Below are positions 13,601 through 25,284 of a DNA stretch of 64,000 nt, one piece after another. A program made the translations under genes and the position numbers. Every line of letters begins with the position of its first letter. Within the stretch, counting starts at the first letter, position 1. The stretch is from Octopus vulgaris. Lineage: Eukaryota. The DNA lies in NCBI GenBank assembly GCA_951406725.2, contig OX597831.1:30132001-30196000 (forward strand), written 5' to 3'. The notes under the pieces were generated by a model, which saw nothing but the letters and a program-made list of their open reading frames with translations, did no database searches and was not told the DNA's origin.

Positions 13601-13956
13601 AGACATACAATAATGGTCAAATTTATCCCAAACACTGCATCAATATTAATACATATTATAGGGGAGGTAACTCTTGTAAGGAATATAGGAGTTACTTCTC
13701 CTTGAATTATTTGATTCGGGTTCAGCGTATCTCGTATATAGTACTCTCGTGTTTTTGTCCGTCACAAGAGACGACTGACGAAGGAAGGGGTGATATCCAC
13801 CGATGGAAGTGGGATGCTGAAAATTTAACAGTGGAACCCCCCCGCAAAAAAAAAACAAACAAAAAACCGGCGCTTTAACTCTGTGTGAGGATATGTGTGT
13901 ATGTGCGTGCGTGTAAAAGAGAGCTATATGAACGTTTGTGTGTGTGTGTGTGTGTG

Positions 13957-14112
13957 TTTACTCCTTTACTTGTTTCAGTCATTTGACTGTGGCCATGCTG
14001 GAGCATCGCTTTTAGTCGGGCAAATCGACCCCAGGACTTATTCTTTGTAAGCCTAGTACTTATTTTTATCGGTCTCTTTTGCCGAACCTGTAAGTGACGG
14101 GGACGTAAACAC
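13957..14112 (-). mobile_element. SINE group A, 3' part
   Basis: Same tail as the 26122-26530 copy. Confidence 0.85.
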
Positions 14113-14134
14113 TATCGCCTTAAAACTCGCCGCC

Positions 14135-14448
14135 TTAAAAAGGAATGTTTGTTCCTTCTCGAGCCATGCCTGGCTCATAAGGGTTGGTTTCCCGGTTTCC
14201 TTGGCGCATAGGTTCCCCACCTGGACGGGACACCGGTCCGTCGCAGATGAGCTGCAAGATGCAGGAGGAAAGAGTGAGAGAAAGTTGTGGCGAAAGAGTC
14301 AGCAGGAGTTCGCCATTACCTTCTGCCGGAGCCGCGTGAAGCTTTGGTGTTTCGCTCACAAACACACACATCGCCCGGTCTGAGATTCGAACCCGCGATC
14401 CTTCGACCGCGAGTCCGCTGCTCTAACCACTAGGCCATGTGCCTCCAC
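14135..14448 (-). mobile_element. SINE group B (tRNA-like head gtggaggcacatggcctagtggttagagcagcggactcgcgg...ggttcgaatc), tail type 1
   Basis: A-box and B-box in head; head and core shared with 32543, 41676 and 48533 copies. Confidence 0.88.
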
Positions 14449-14625
14449 CGTAAAAAGGGATATTGGCAACGAAAACCTTCACTGAGCGCTTGTAACCAAA
14501 GAACCGGAATGTATAGCAGGATGAGGCGAGCGCAAGTGGTGAGAAAAGAACTGGGGCTTTCCTACAGATGAAATTTCAAAAATCCTTCAGCAAAACCGAA
14601 ACAACAAAATTACTGCTGATAGAGT

Positions 14626-14654
14626 AAGGCGCAGACCGATTGCAACACAGATAT
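14626..14654 (-). pseudogene. Remnant of tRNA-Asn 5' half
   Basis: Reverse complement atatctgtgttgcaatcggtctgcgcctt resembles gtctctgtggcgcaatcggttagcgcgtt, and a copy of the Asn upstream flank lies next to it at ~14720-14880. Confidence 0.5.
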
Positions 14655-14914
14655 AAGCAATGCCTATGTGTTTCTGCCAAGCAGCGCATTATGCTTTTAA
14701 TGAATATAACGACATCAGTGATATAACTTTTTCTTAAGATTTCTTCGTTTGTAGCAGAGAAATTTACACGTGAAAGAATTTTAATTCTCTTTTACAACCA
14801 CCAAGAAGAAACACTATTGCCAAAGTGATTTACCTTAAGAGAGGAATGTGTCTCGTCAAATCTCTCCGGAAAATGCAGATTTATTTTATACAAATTTTTC
14901 GAAATATGTTTAGA

Positions 14915-15018
14915 GGCAAAGTCAACCTCGGCGGAATTTGAACTCAGAACGTAGCGACAGACGAAATACTACTAAGCATTTCGCACGGCGTGCTAACGAT
15001 TCTGCCAGCTCGCCGCCT
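14915..15018 (-). mobile_element. SINE group C, head only
   Basis: ggcggcgagctggcagaatcgttagcacg...gagttcaaattccgccgaggttgactttgcc on the minus strand. Confidence 0.85.
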
Positions 15019-15189
15019 TTTTTTATAATATCCGTTTACATTTACTAAGCACCTGTAAAGGGTAGAAGAAGCAAAATAAAGCTTATTATAAACCACAACT
15101 GCAGAAACTGTTTTTTTTTCTATTCCCCGCAATGGGCGAGAAAAGAGAAGCTTCAACGCTGGTATATTTTCAGCAACAATGAAAGAGTC

Positions 15190-15217
15190 CGTCCCTGGGT
15201 GGGACGGAACCACCAAT

Positions 15218-15257
<40 letters not shown>

Positions 15258-15263
15258 AAAGAC
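15190..15263 (-). pseudogene. tRNA-Asn(GTT), probable pseudogene
   Basis: 74-nt copy of the 28480 gene with T-loop/B-box GGTTCGAGT changed to GGTTCCGTC plus two further substitutions. Confidence 0.8.
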
Positions 15264-15653
15264 ACCTATAGAATGAGTGCGAGATATATTTTTCTTTTAG
15301 TTTTCTTCATTTGTAGCAGAGAAATGTGGGCGTGAAATAATTTTAAGTCTCTTCTACAATTACCAAGGGAAAAAACTATTTCCAAAACAATACCCGTAAC
15401 TAGAGGAATGCATCTCACCTAATCTTTCTTAAAAATGTACATTTTTTGTTTGAAAATTTCCAAACATAGTTATTAATTAAAATTGCATCATAAAACGTTG
15501 AAAAAATAATAATTTTCACTGGTCTGTGATCTGTTTCCTTCCATTTACAATGATGTTGCGTAGTTCAACAATGTTTATGGAGAGATGGCATGAAGAAAAC
15601 CAAGTTGTCATAGAAATTTCGTAAATATTTATTATTCGATTGAACCTAAGACC

Positions 15654-15663
15654 AAAATAAAAA
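15654..15663 (-). terminator. Pol III oligo-T terminator (TTTTTATTTT), repeated in every unit
   Basis: T5 starts 10 nt after the discriminator base on the tRNA strand. Confidence 0.8.
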
Positions 15664-15673
15664 TGAGGTACGA

Positions 15674-15746
15674 TGCCGAAACCCGGGATCGAACCAGGGA
15701 CCTTTAGATCTTCAGTCTAACGTTCTCCCAACTGAGCTATTTCGGC
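15674..15746 (-). tRNA. trnF-GAA: tRNA-Phe(GAA) copy 1, G24A variant (also copies 2-5 and 8)
   Basis: Plus strand reads cgttctccca instead of cgctctccca, giving a C11:A24 mismatch in the D stem. Confidence 0.9.
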
Positions 15747-16673
15747 TATGCGTTGCTGGTTTACCATTTTATTGACATGGAGAGATGGCATGAAGAAAAC
15801 CAAGTTGTCATAGAAATTTCGTAAATATTTATTATTCGACTGAACCTAAGACCAAAATAAAAATGAGGTACGATGCCGAAACCCGGGATCGAACCAGGGA
15901 CCTTTAGATCTTCAGTCTAACGTTCTCCCAACTGAGCTATTTCGGCTATGCGTTGCTGGTTTACCATTTTATTGACATGGAGAGATGGCATGAAGAAAAC
16001 CAAGTTGTCATAGAAATTTCGTAAATATTTATTATTCGACTGAACCTAAGACCAAAATAAAAATGAGGTACGATGCCGAAACCCGGGATCGAACCAGGGA
16101 CCTTTAGATCTTCAGTCTAACGTTCTCCCAACTGAGCTATTTCGGCTATGCGTTGCTGGTTTACCATTTTATTGACATGGAGAGATGGCATGAAGAAAAC
16201 CAAGTTGTCATAGAAATTTCGTAAATATTTATTATTCGACTGAACCTAAGACCAAAATAAAAATGAGGTACGATGCCGAAACCCGGGATCGAACCAGGGA
16301 CCTTTAGATCTTCAGTCTAACGTTCTCCCAACTGAGCTATTTCGGCTATGCGTTGCTGGTTTACCATTTTATTGACATGGAGAGATGGCATGAAGAAAAC
16401 CAAGTTGTCATAGAAATTTCGTAAATATTTATTATTCGACTGAACCTAAGACCAAAATAAAAATGAGGTACGATGCCGAAACCCGGGATCGAACCAGGGA
16501 CCTTTAGATCTTCAGTCTAACGTTCTCCCAACTGAGCTATTTCGGCTATGCGTTGCTGGTTTACCATTTTATTGACATGGAGAGATGGCATGAAGAAAAC
16601 CAAGTTGTCATAGAAATTTCGTAAATATTTATTATTCGATTGAACCTAAGACCAAAATAAAAATGAGGTACGA

Positions 16674-16746
16674 TGCCGAAACCCGGGATCGAACCAGGGA
16701 CCTTTAGATCTTCAGTCTAACGCTCTCCCAACTGAGCTATTTCGGC
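16674..16746 (-). tRNA. trnF-GAA: tRNA-Phe(GAA) copy 6, first canonical copy
   Basis: Intact stems, A-box and B-box. Confidence 0.97.
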
Positions 16747-19700
16747 TGTGCGTTGCTGATTTACCATTTTATTGACATGGAGAGATGACATGAAGAAAAC
16801 CAAGTTGTCATAGAAATTTCGTAAATATTTATTATTCGATTGAACCTAAGACCAAAATAAAAATGAGGTACGATGCCGAAACCCGGGATCGAACCAGGGA
16901 CCTTTAGATCTTCAGTCTAACGCTCTCCCAACTGAGCTATTTCGGCTGTGCGTTGCTGATTTACCATTTTATTGACATGGAGAGATGACATGAAGAAAAC
17001 CAAGTTGTCATAGAAATTTCGTAAATATTTATTATTCGATTGAACCTAAGACCAAAATAAAAATGAGGTACGATGCCGAAACCCGGGATCGAACCAGGGA
17101 CCTTTAGATCTTCAGTCTAACGTTCTCCCAACTGAGCTATTTCGGCTATGCGTTGCTGATTTACCATTTTATTGACATGGAGAGATGACATGAAGAAAAC
17201 CAAGTTGTCATAGAAATTTCGTAAATATTTATTATTCGATTGAACCTAAGACCAAAATAAAAATGAGGTACGATGCCGAAACCCGGGATCGAACCAGGGA
17301 CCTTTAGATCTTCAGTCTAACGCTCTCCCAACTGAGCTATTTCGGCTATGCGTTGCTGATTTACCATTTTATTGGCATGGAGAGATGACATGAAGAAAAC
17401 CAAGTTGTCATAGAAATTTCGTAAATATTTATTATTCGATTGAACCTAAGAACAAAATAAAAATGAGGTACGATGCCGAAACCCGGGATCGAACCAGGGA
17501 CCTTTAGATCTTCAGTCTAACGCTCTCCCAACTGAGCTATTTCGGCTATGCGTTGCTGATTTACCATTTTATTGGCATGGAGAGATGACATGAAGAAAAC
17601 CAAGTTGTCATAGAAATTTCGTAAATATTTATTATTCGATTGAACCTAAGAACAAAATAAAAATGAGGTACGATGCCGAAACCCGGGATCGAACCAGGGA
17701 CCTTTAGATCTTCAGTCTAACGCTCTCCCAACTGAGCTATTTCGGCTATGCGTTGCTGATTTACCATTTCATTGGCATGGAGAGATGACATGAAGAAAAC
17801 CAAGTTGTCATAGAAATTTCGTAAATATTTATTATTCGATTGAACCTAAGAACAAAATAAAAATGAGGTACGATGCCGAAACCCGGGATCGAACCAGGGA
17901 CCTTTAGATCTTCAGTCTAACGCTCTCCCAACTGAGCTATTTCGGCTGTGCGTTGCTGATTTACCATTTTATTGGCATGGAGAGATGACATGAAGAAAAC
18001 CAAGTTGTCATAGAAATTTCGTAAATATTTATTATTCGATTGAACCTAAGAACAAAATAAAAATGAGGTACGATGCCGAAACCCGGGATCGAACCAGGGA
18101 CCTTTAGATCTTCAGTCTAACGCTCTCCCAACTGAGCTATTTCGGCTATGCGTTGCTGATTTACCATTTCATTGGCATGGAGAGATGACATGAAGAAAAC
18201 CAAGTTGTCATAGAAATTTCGTAAATATTTATTATTCGATTGAACCTAAGAACAAAATAAAAATGAGGTACGATGCCGAAACCCGGGATCGAACCAGGGA
18301 CCTTTAGATCTTCAGTCTAACGCTCTCCCAACTGAGCTATTTCGGCTATGCGTTGCTGATTTACCATTTCATTGGCATGGAGAGATGACATGAAGAAAAC
18401 CAAGTTGTCATAGAAATTTCGTAAATATTTATTATTCGATTGAACCTAAGAACAAAATAAAAATGAGGTACGATGCCGAAACCCGGGATCGAACCAGGGA
18501 CCTTTAGATCTTCAGTCTAACGCTCTCCCAACTGAGCTATTTCGGCTGTGCGTTGCTGATTTACCATTTTATTGACATGGAGAGATGACATGAAGAAAAC
18601 CAAGTTGTCATAGAAATTTCGTAAATATTTATTATTCGATTGAACCTAAGACCAAAATAAAAATGAGGTACGATGCCGAAACCCGGGATCGAACCAGGGA
18701 CCTTTAGATCTTCAGTCTAACGCTCTCCCAACTGAGCTATTTCGGCTATGCGTTGCTGATTTACCATTTTATTGACATGGAGAGATGACATGAAGAAAAC
18801 CAAGTTGTCATAGAAATTTCGTAAATATTTATTATTCGATTGAACCTAAGACCAAAATAAAAATGAGGTACGATGCCGAAACCCGGGATCGAACCAGGGA
18901 CCTTTAGATCTTCAGTCTAACGCTCTCCCAACTGAGCTATTTCGGCTATGCGTTGCTGATTTACCATTTTATTGGCATGGAGAGATGACATGAAGAAAAC
19001 CAAGTTGTCATAGAAATTTCGTAAATATTTATTATTCGATTGAACCTAAGAACAAAATAAAAATGAGGTACGATGCCGAAACCCGGGATCGAACCAGGGA
19101 CCTTTAGATCTTCAGTCTAACGCTCTCCCAACTGAGCTATTTCGGCTATGCGTTGCTGATTTACCATTTTATTGGCATGGAGAGATGACATGAAGAAAAC
19201 CAAGTTGTCATAGAAATTTCGTAAATATTTATTATTCGATTGAACCTAAGAACAAAATAAAAATGAGGTACGATGCCGAAACCCGGGATCGAACCAGGGA
19301 CCTTTAGATCTTCAGTCTAACGCTCTCCCAACTGAGCTATTTCGGCTATGCGTTGCTGATTTACCATTTCATTGGCATGGAGAGATGACATGAAGAAAAC
19401 CAAGTTGTCATAGAAATTTCGTAAATATTTATTATTCGATTGAACCTAAGAACAAAATAAAAATGAGGTACGATGCCGAAACCCGGGATCGAACCAGGGA
19501 CCTTTAGATCTTCAGTCTAACGCTCTCCCAACTGAGCTATTTCGGCTGTGCGTTGCTGATTTACCATTTTATTGGCATGGAGAGATGACATGAAGAAAAC
19601 CAAGTTGTCATAGAAATTTCGTAAATATTTATTATTCGATTGAACCTAAGAACAAAATAAAAATGAGGTACGATGCCGAAACCCGGGATCGAACCAGGGA

Positions 19701-20073
19701 CCTTTAGATCTTCAGTCTAACGCTCTCCCAACTGAGCTATTTCGGCTATGCGTTGCTGATTTACCATTTCATTGGCATGGAGAGATGACATGAAGAAAAC
19801 CAAGTTGTCATAGAAATTTCGTAAATATTTATTATTCGATTGAACCTAAGAACAAAATAAAAATGAGGTACGATGCCGAAACCCGGGATCGAACCAGGGA
19901 CCTTTAGATCTTCAGTCTAACGCTCTCCCAACTGAGCTATTTCGGCTATGCGTTGCTGATTTACCATTTCATTGGCATGGAGAGATGACATGAAGAAAAC
20001 CAAGTTGTCATAGAAATTTCGTAAATATTTATTATTCGATTGAACCTAAGAACAAAATAAAAATGAGGTACGA

Positions 20074-20146
20074 TGCCGAAACCCGGGATCGAACTAGGGA
20101 CCTTTAGATCTTCAGTCTAACGCTCTCCCAAATGAGCTATTTCGGC
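20074..20146 (-). tRNA. trnF-GAA: tRNA-Phe(GAA) copy 23, G15T + G52A, likely impaired
   Basis: Plus strand gaactaggga and aatgagctat; breaks the 15:48 tertiary pair and the 52-62 pair. Confidence 0.75.
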
Positions 20147-23100
20147 TTTGCGTTGCTGATTTACCATTTTATTGGCATGGAGAGATGACATGAAGAAAAC
20201 CAAGTTGTCATAGAAATTTCGTAAATATTTATTATTCGATTGAACCTAAGAACAAAATAAAAATGAGGTACGATGCCGAAACCCGGGATCGAACCAGGGA
20301 CCTTTAGATCTTCAGTCTAACGCTCTCCCAACTGAGCTATTTCGGCTGTGCGTTGCTGATTTACCATTTTATTGACATGGAGAGATGACATGAAGAAAAC
20401 CAAGTTGTCATAGAAATTTCGTAAATATTTATTATTCGATTGAACCTAAGAACAAAATAAAAATGAGGTACGATGCCGAAACCCGGGATCGAACCAGGGA
20501 CCTTTAGATCTTCAGTCTAACGCTCTCCCAACTGAGCTATTTCGGCTGTGCGTTGCTGATTTACCATTTTATTGACATGGAGAGATGACATGAAGAAAAC
20601 CAAGTTGTCATAGAAATTTCGTAAATATTTATTATTCGATTGAACCTAAGAACAAAATAAAAATGAGGTACGATGCCGAAACCCGGGATCGAACCAGGGA
20701 CCTTTAGATCTTCAGTCTAACGCTCTCCCAACTGAGCTATTTCGGCTGTGCGTTGCTGATTTACCATTTTATTGACATGGAGAGATAGCATGAAGAAAAC
20801 CAAGTTGTCATAGAAATTTCGTAAATATTTATTATTCGATTGAACCTAAGAACAAAATAAAAATGAGGTACGATGCCGAAACCCGGGATCGAACCAGGGA
20901 CCTTTAGATCTTCAGTCTAACGCTCTCCCAACTGAGCTATTTCGGCTGTGCGTTGCTGATTTACCATTTTATTGACATGGAGAGATGACATGAAGAAAAC
21001 CAAGTTGTCATAGAAATTTCGTAAATATTTATTATTCGATTGAACCTAAGAACAAAATAAAAATGAGGTACGATGCCGAAACCCGGGATCGAACCAGGGA
21101 CCTTTAGATCTTCAGTCTAACGCTCTCCCAACTGAGCTATTTCGGCTATGCGTTGCTGATTTACCATTTTATTGGCATGGAGAGATGACATGAAGAAAAC
21201 CAAGTTGTCATAGAAATTTCGTAAATATTTATTATTCGATTGAACCTAAGAACAAAATAAAAATGAGGTACGATGCCGAAACCCGGGATCGAACCAGGGA
21301 CCTTTAGATCTTCAGTCTAACGCTCTCCCAACTGAGCTATTTCGGCTGTGCGTTGCTGATTTACCATTTTATTGACATGGAGAGATGACATGAAGAAAAC
21401 CAAGTTGTCATAGAAATTTCGTAAATATTTATTATTCGATTGAACCTAAGAACAAAATAAAAATGAGGTACGATGCCGAAACCCGGGATCGAACCAGGGA
21501 CCTTTAGATCTTCAGTCTAACGCTCTCCCAACTGAGCTATTTCGGCTGTGCGTTGCTGATTTACCATTTTATTGACATGGAGAGATAGCATGAAGAAAAC
21601 CAAGTTGTCATAGAAATTTCGTAAATATTTATTATTCGATTGAACCTAAGAACAAAATAAAAATGAGGTACGATGCCGAAACCCGGGATCGAACCAGGGA
21701 CCTTTAGATCTTCAGTCTAACGCTCTCCCAACTGAGCTATTTCGGCTATGCGTTGCTGATTTACCATTTTATTGGCATGGAGAGATGACATGAAGAAAAC
21801 CAAGTTGTCATAGAAATTTCGTAAATATTTATTATTCGATTGAACCTAAGAACAAAATAAAAATGAGGTACGATGCCGAAACCCGGGATCGAACCAGGGA
21901 CCTTTAGATCTTCAGTCTAACGCTCTCCCAACTGAGCTATTTCGGCTATGCGTTGCTGATTTACCATTTTATTGGCATGGAGAGATGACATGAAGAAAAC
22001 CAAGTTGTCATAGAAATTTCGTAAATATTTATTATTCGATTGAACCTAAGAACAAAATAAAAATGAGGTACGATGCCGAAACCCGGGATCGAACCAGGGA
22101 CCTTTAGATCTTCAGTCTAACGCTCTCCCAACTGAGCTATTTCGGCTATGCGTTGCTGATTTACCATTTTATTGACATGGAGAGATGACATGAAGAAAAC
22201 CAAGTTGTCATAGAAATTTCGTAAATATTTATTATTCGATTGAACCTAAGAACAAAATAAAAATGAGGTACGATGCCGAAACCCGGGATCGAACCAGGGA
22301 CCTTTAGATCTTCAGTCTAACGCTCTCCCAACTGAGCTATTTCGGCTATGCGTTGCTGATTTACCATTTTATTGACATGGAGAGATGCATGAAGAAAACC
22401 AAGTTGTCATAGAAATTTCGTAAATATTTATTATTCGATTGAACCTAAGACCAAAATAAAAATGAGGTACGATGCCGAAACCCGGGATCGAACCAGGGAC
22501 CTTTAGATCTTCAGTCTAACGCTCTCCCAACTGAGCTATTTCGGCTATGCGTTGCTGATTTACCATTTTATTGACATGGAGAGATAGACATGAAGAAAAC
22601 CAAGTTGTCATAGAAATTTCGTAAATATTTATTATTCGATTGAACCTAAGAACAAAATAAAAATGAGGTACGATGCCGAAACCCGGGATCGAACCAGGGA
22701 CCTTTAGATCTTCAGTCTAACGCTCTCCCAACTGAGCTATTTCGGCTGTGCGTTGCTGATTTACCATTTTATTGACATGGAGAGATAGCATGAAGAAAAC
22801 CAAGTTGTCATAGAAATTTCGTAAATATTTATTATTCGATTGAACCTAAGAACAAAATAAAAATGAGGTACGATGCCGAAACCCGGGATCGAACCAGGGA
22901 CCTTTAGATCTTCAGTCTAACGCTCTCCCAACTGAGCTATTTCGGCTGTGCGTTGCTGATTTACCATTTTATTGACATGGAGAGATGGCATGAAGAAAAC
23001 CAAGTTGTCATAGAAATTTCGTAAATATTTATTATTCGATTGAACCTAAGAACAAAATAAAAATGAGGTACGATGCCGAAACCCGGGATCGAACCAGGGA

Positions 23101-24673
23101 CCTTTAGATCTTCAGTCTAACGCTCTCCCAACTGAGCTATTTCGGCTGTGCGTTGCTGATTTACCATTTTATTGACATGGAGAGATGGCATGAAGAAAAC
23201 CAAGTTGTCATAGAAATTTCGTAAATATTTATTATTCGATTGAACCTAAGACCAAAATAAAAATGAGGTACGATGCCGAAACCCGGGATCGAACCAGGGA
23301 CCTTTAGATCTTCAGTCTAACGCTCTCCCAACTGAGCTATTTCGGCTGTGCGTTGCTGATTTACCATTTTATTGACATGGAGAGATAGCATGAAGAAAAC
23401 CAAGTTGTCATAGAAATTTCGTAAATATTTATTATTCGATTGAACCTAAGAACAAAATAAAAATGAGGTACGATGCCGAAACCCGGGATCGAACCAGGGA
23501 CCTTTAGATCTTCAGTCTAACGCTCTCCCAACTGAGCTATTTCGGCTGTGCGTTGCTGATTTACCATTTTATTGACATGGAGAGATGGCATGAAGAAAAC
23601 CAAGTTGTCATAGAAATTTCGTAAATATTTATTATTCGATTGAACCTAAGAACAAAATAAAAATGAGGTACGATGCCGAAACCCGGGATCGAACCAGGGA
23701 CCTTTAGATCTTCAGTCTAACGCTCTCCCAACTGAGCTATTTCGGCTGTGCGTTGCTGATTTACCATTTTATTGACATGGAGAGATAGCATGAAGAAAAC
23801 CAAGTTGTCATAGAAATTTCGTAAATATTTATTATTCGATTGAACCTAAGAACAAAATAAAAATGAGGTACGATGCCGAAACCCGGGATCGAACCAGGGA
23901 CCTTTAGATCTTCAGTCTAACGCTCTCCCAACTGAGCTATTTCGGCTGTGCGTTGCTGATTTACCATTTTATTGACATGGAGAGATAGCATGAAGAAAAC
24001 CAAGTTGTCATAGAAATTTCGTAAATATTTATTATTCGATTGAACCTAAGAACAAAATAAAAATGAGGTACGATGCCGAAACCCGGGATCGAACCAGGGA
24101 CCTTTAGATCTTCAGTCTAACGCTCTCCCAACTGAGCTATTTCGGCTGTGCGTTGCTGATTTACCATTTTATTGACATGGAGAGATAGCATGAAGAAAAC
24201 CAAGTTGTCATAGAAATTTCGTAAATATTTATTATTCGATTGAACCTAAGAACAAAATAAAAATGAGGTACGATGCCGAAACCCGGGATCGAACCAGGGA
24301 CCTTTAGATCTTCAGTCTAACGCTCTCCCAACTGAGCTATTTCGGCTGTGCGTTGCTGATTTACCATTTTATTGACATGGAGAGATGGCATGAAGAAAAC
24401 CAAGTTGTCATAGAAATTTCGTAAATATTTATTATTCGATTGAACCTAAGAACAAAATAAAAATGAGGTACGATGCCGAAACCCGGGATCGAACCAGGGA
24501 CCTTTAGATCTTCAGTCTAACGCTCTCCCAACTGAGCTATTTCGGCTATGCGTTGCTGATTTACCATTTTATTGACATGGAGAGATAGCATGAAGAAAAC
24601 CAAGTTGTCATAGAAATTTCGTAAATATTTATTATTCGATTGAACCTAAGACCAAAATAAAAATGAGGTACGA

Positions 24674-24746
24674 TGCCGAAACCCGGGATCGAACCAGGGA
24701 CCTTTAGATCTTCAGTCTAACGCTCTCCCAAATGAGCTATTTCGGC
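24674..24746 (-). tRNA. trnF-GAA: tRNA-Phe(GAA) copy 46, G15T
   Basis: Plus strand aatgagctat. Confidence 0.8.
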
Positions 24747-25073
24747 TGTGCGTTGCTGATTTACCATTTTATTGACATGGAGAGATGGCATGAAGAAAAC
24801 CAAGTTGTCATAGAAATTTCGTAAATATTTATTATTCGATTGAACCTAAGACCAAAATAAAAATGAGGTACGATGCCGAAACCCGGGATCGAACCAGGGA
24901 CCTTTAGATCTTCAGTCTAACGCTCTCCCAACTGAGCTATTTCGGCTGTGCGTTGCTGATTTACCATTTTATTGACATGGAGAGATGGCATGAAGAAAAC
25001 CAAGTTGTCATAGAAATTTCGTAAATATTTATTATTCGATTGAACCTAAGAACAAAATAAAAATGAGGTACAA

Positions 25074-25146
25074 TGCCGAAACCCGGGATCGAACCAGGGT
25101 CCTTTAGATCTTCAGTCTAACGCTCTCCCAACTGAGCTATTTCGGC
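25074..25146 (-). tRNA. trnF-GAA: tRNA-Phe(GAA) copy 48 (terminal), T47A, diverged flanks
   Basis: Plus strand gaaccagggt; flank gtgtgttgcaggtttgcc differs from the internal consensus. Confidence 0.9.
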
Positions 25147-25284
25147 TGTGTGTTGCAGGTTTGCCATTTTATTGACGTATTCTGTATTGAAATAGTTTGT
25201 CGCAAATTTTCGAAACAAAAGTATCACCGAGAAAATTCGATAGCTGACCAGTGGCAGTTCAGTGATGTGTTTCGCTAGACTTGG

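Larger units (their letters stand above)
15674..25146 (-). tRNA. trnF-GAA: 48 tRNA-Phe(GAA) genes, 73 nt each, no intron, no encoded CCA
   Basis: Reverse complement GCCGAAATAGCTCAGTTGGGAGAGCGTTAGACTGAAGATCTAAAGGTCCCTGGTTCGATCCCGGGTTTCGGCA folds as a full cloverleaf, anticodon GAA. By my reading 39 copies are canonical and 9 carry substitutions. Confidence 0.97.
15577..25176 (-). repeat. Tandem array of 48 x 200-bp units, one tRNA-Phe(GAA) gene per unit
   Basis: 9600 bp. Genes at 15674+200n (one copy shifted by 1 nt, 22473-22545); last at 25074-25146. Near-identical 127-bp spacers. Confidence 0.98.

Noticed and set aside
13770-13815. ctgacga as another hammerhead core
   Set aside because: No correctly placed GAAA or stems I/III.
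15577-25176. CRISPR array
   Set aside because: Spacers are near-identical rather than unique, the repeat is a 73-nt tRNA gene, there are no cas genes and the context is eukaryotic.
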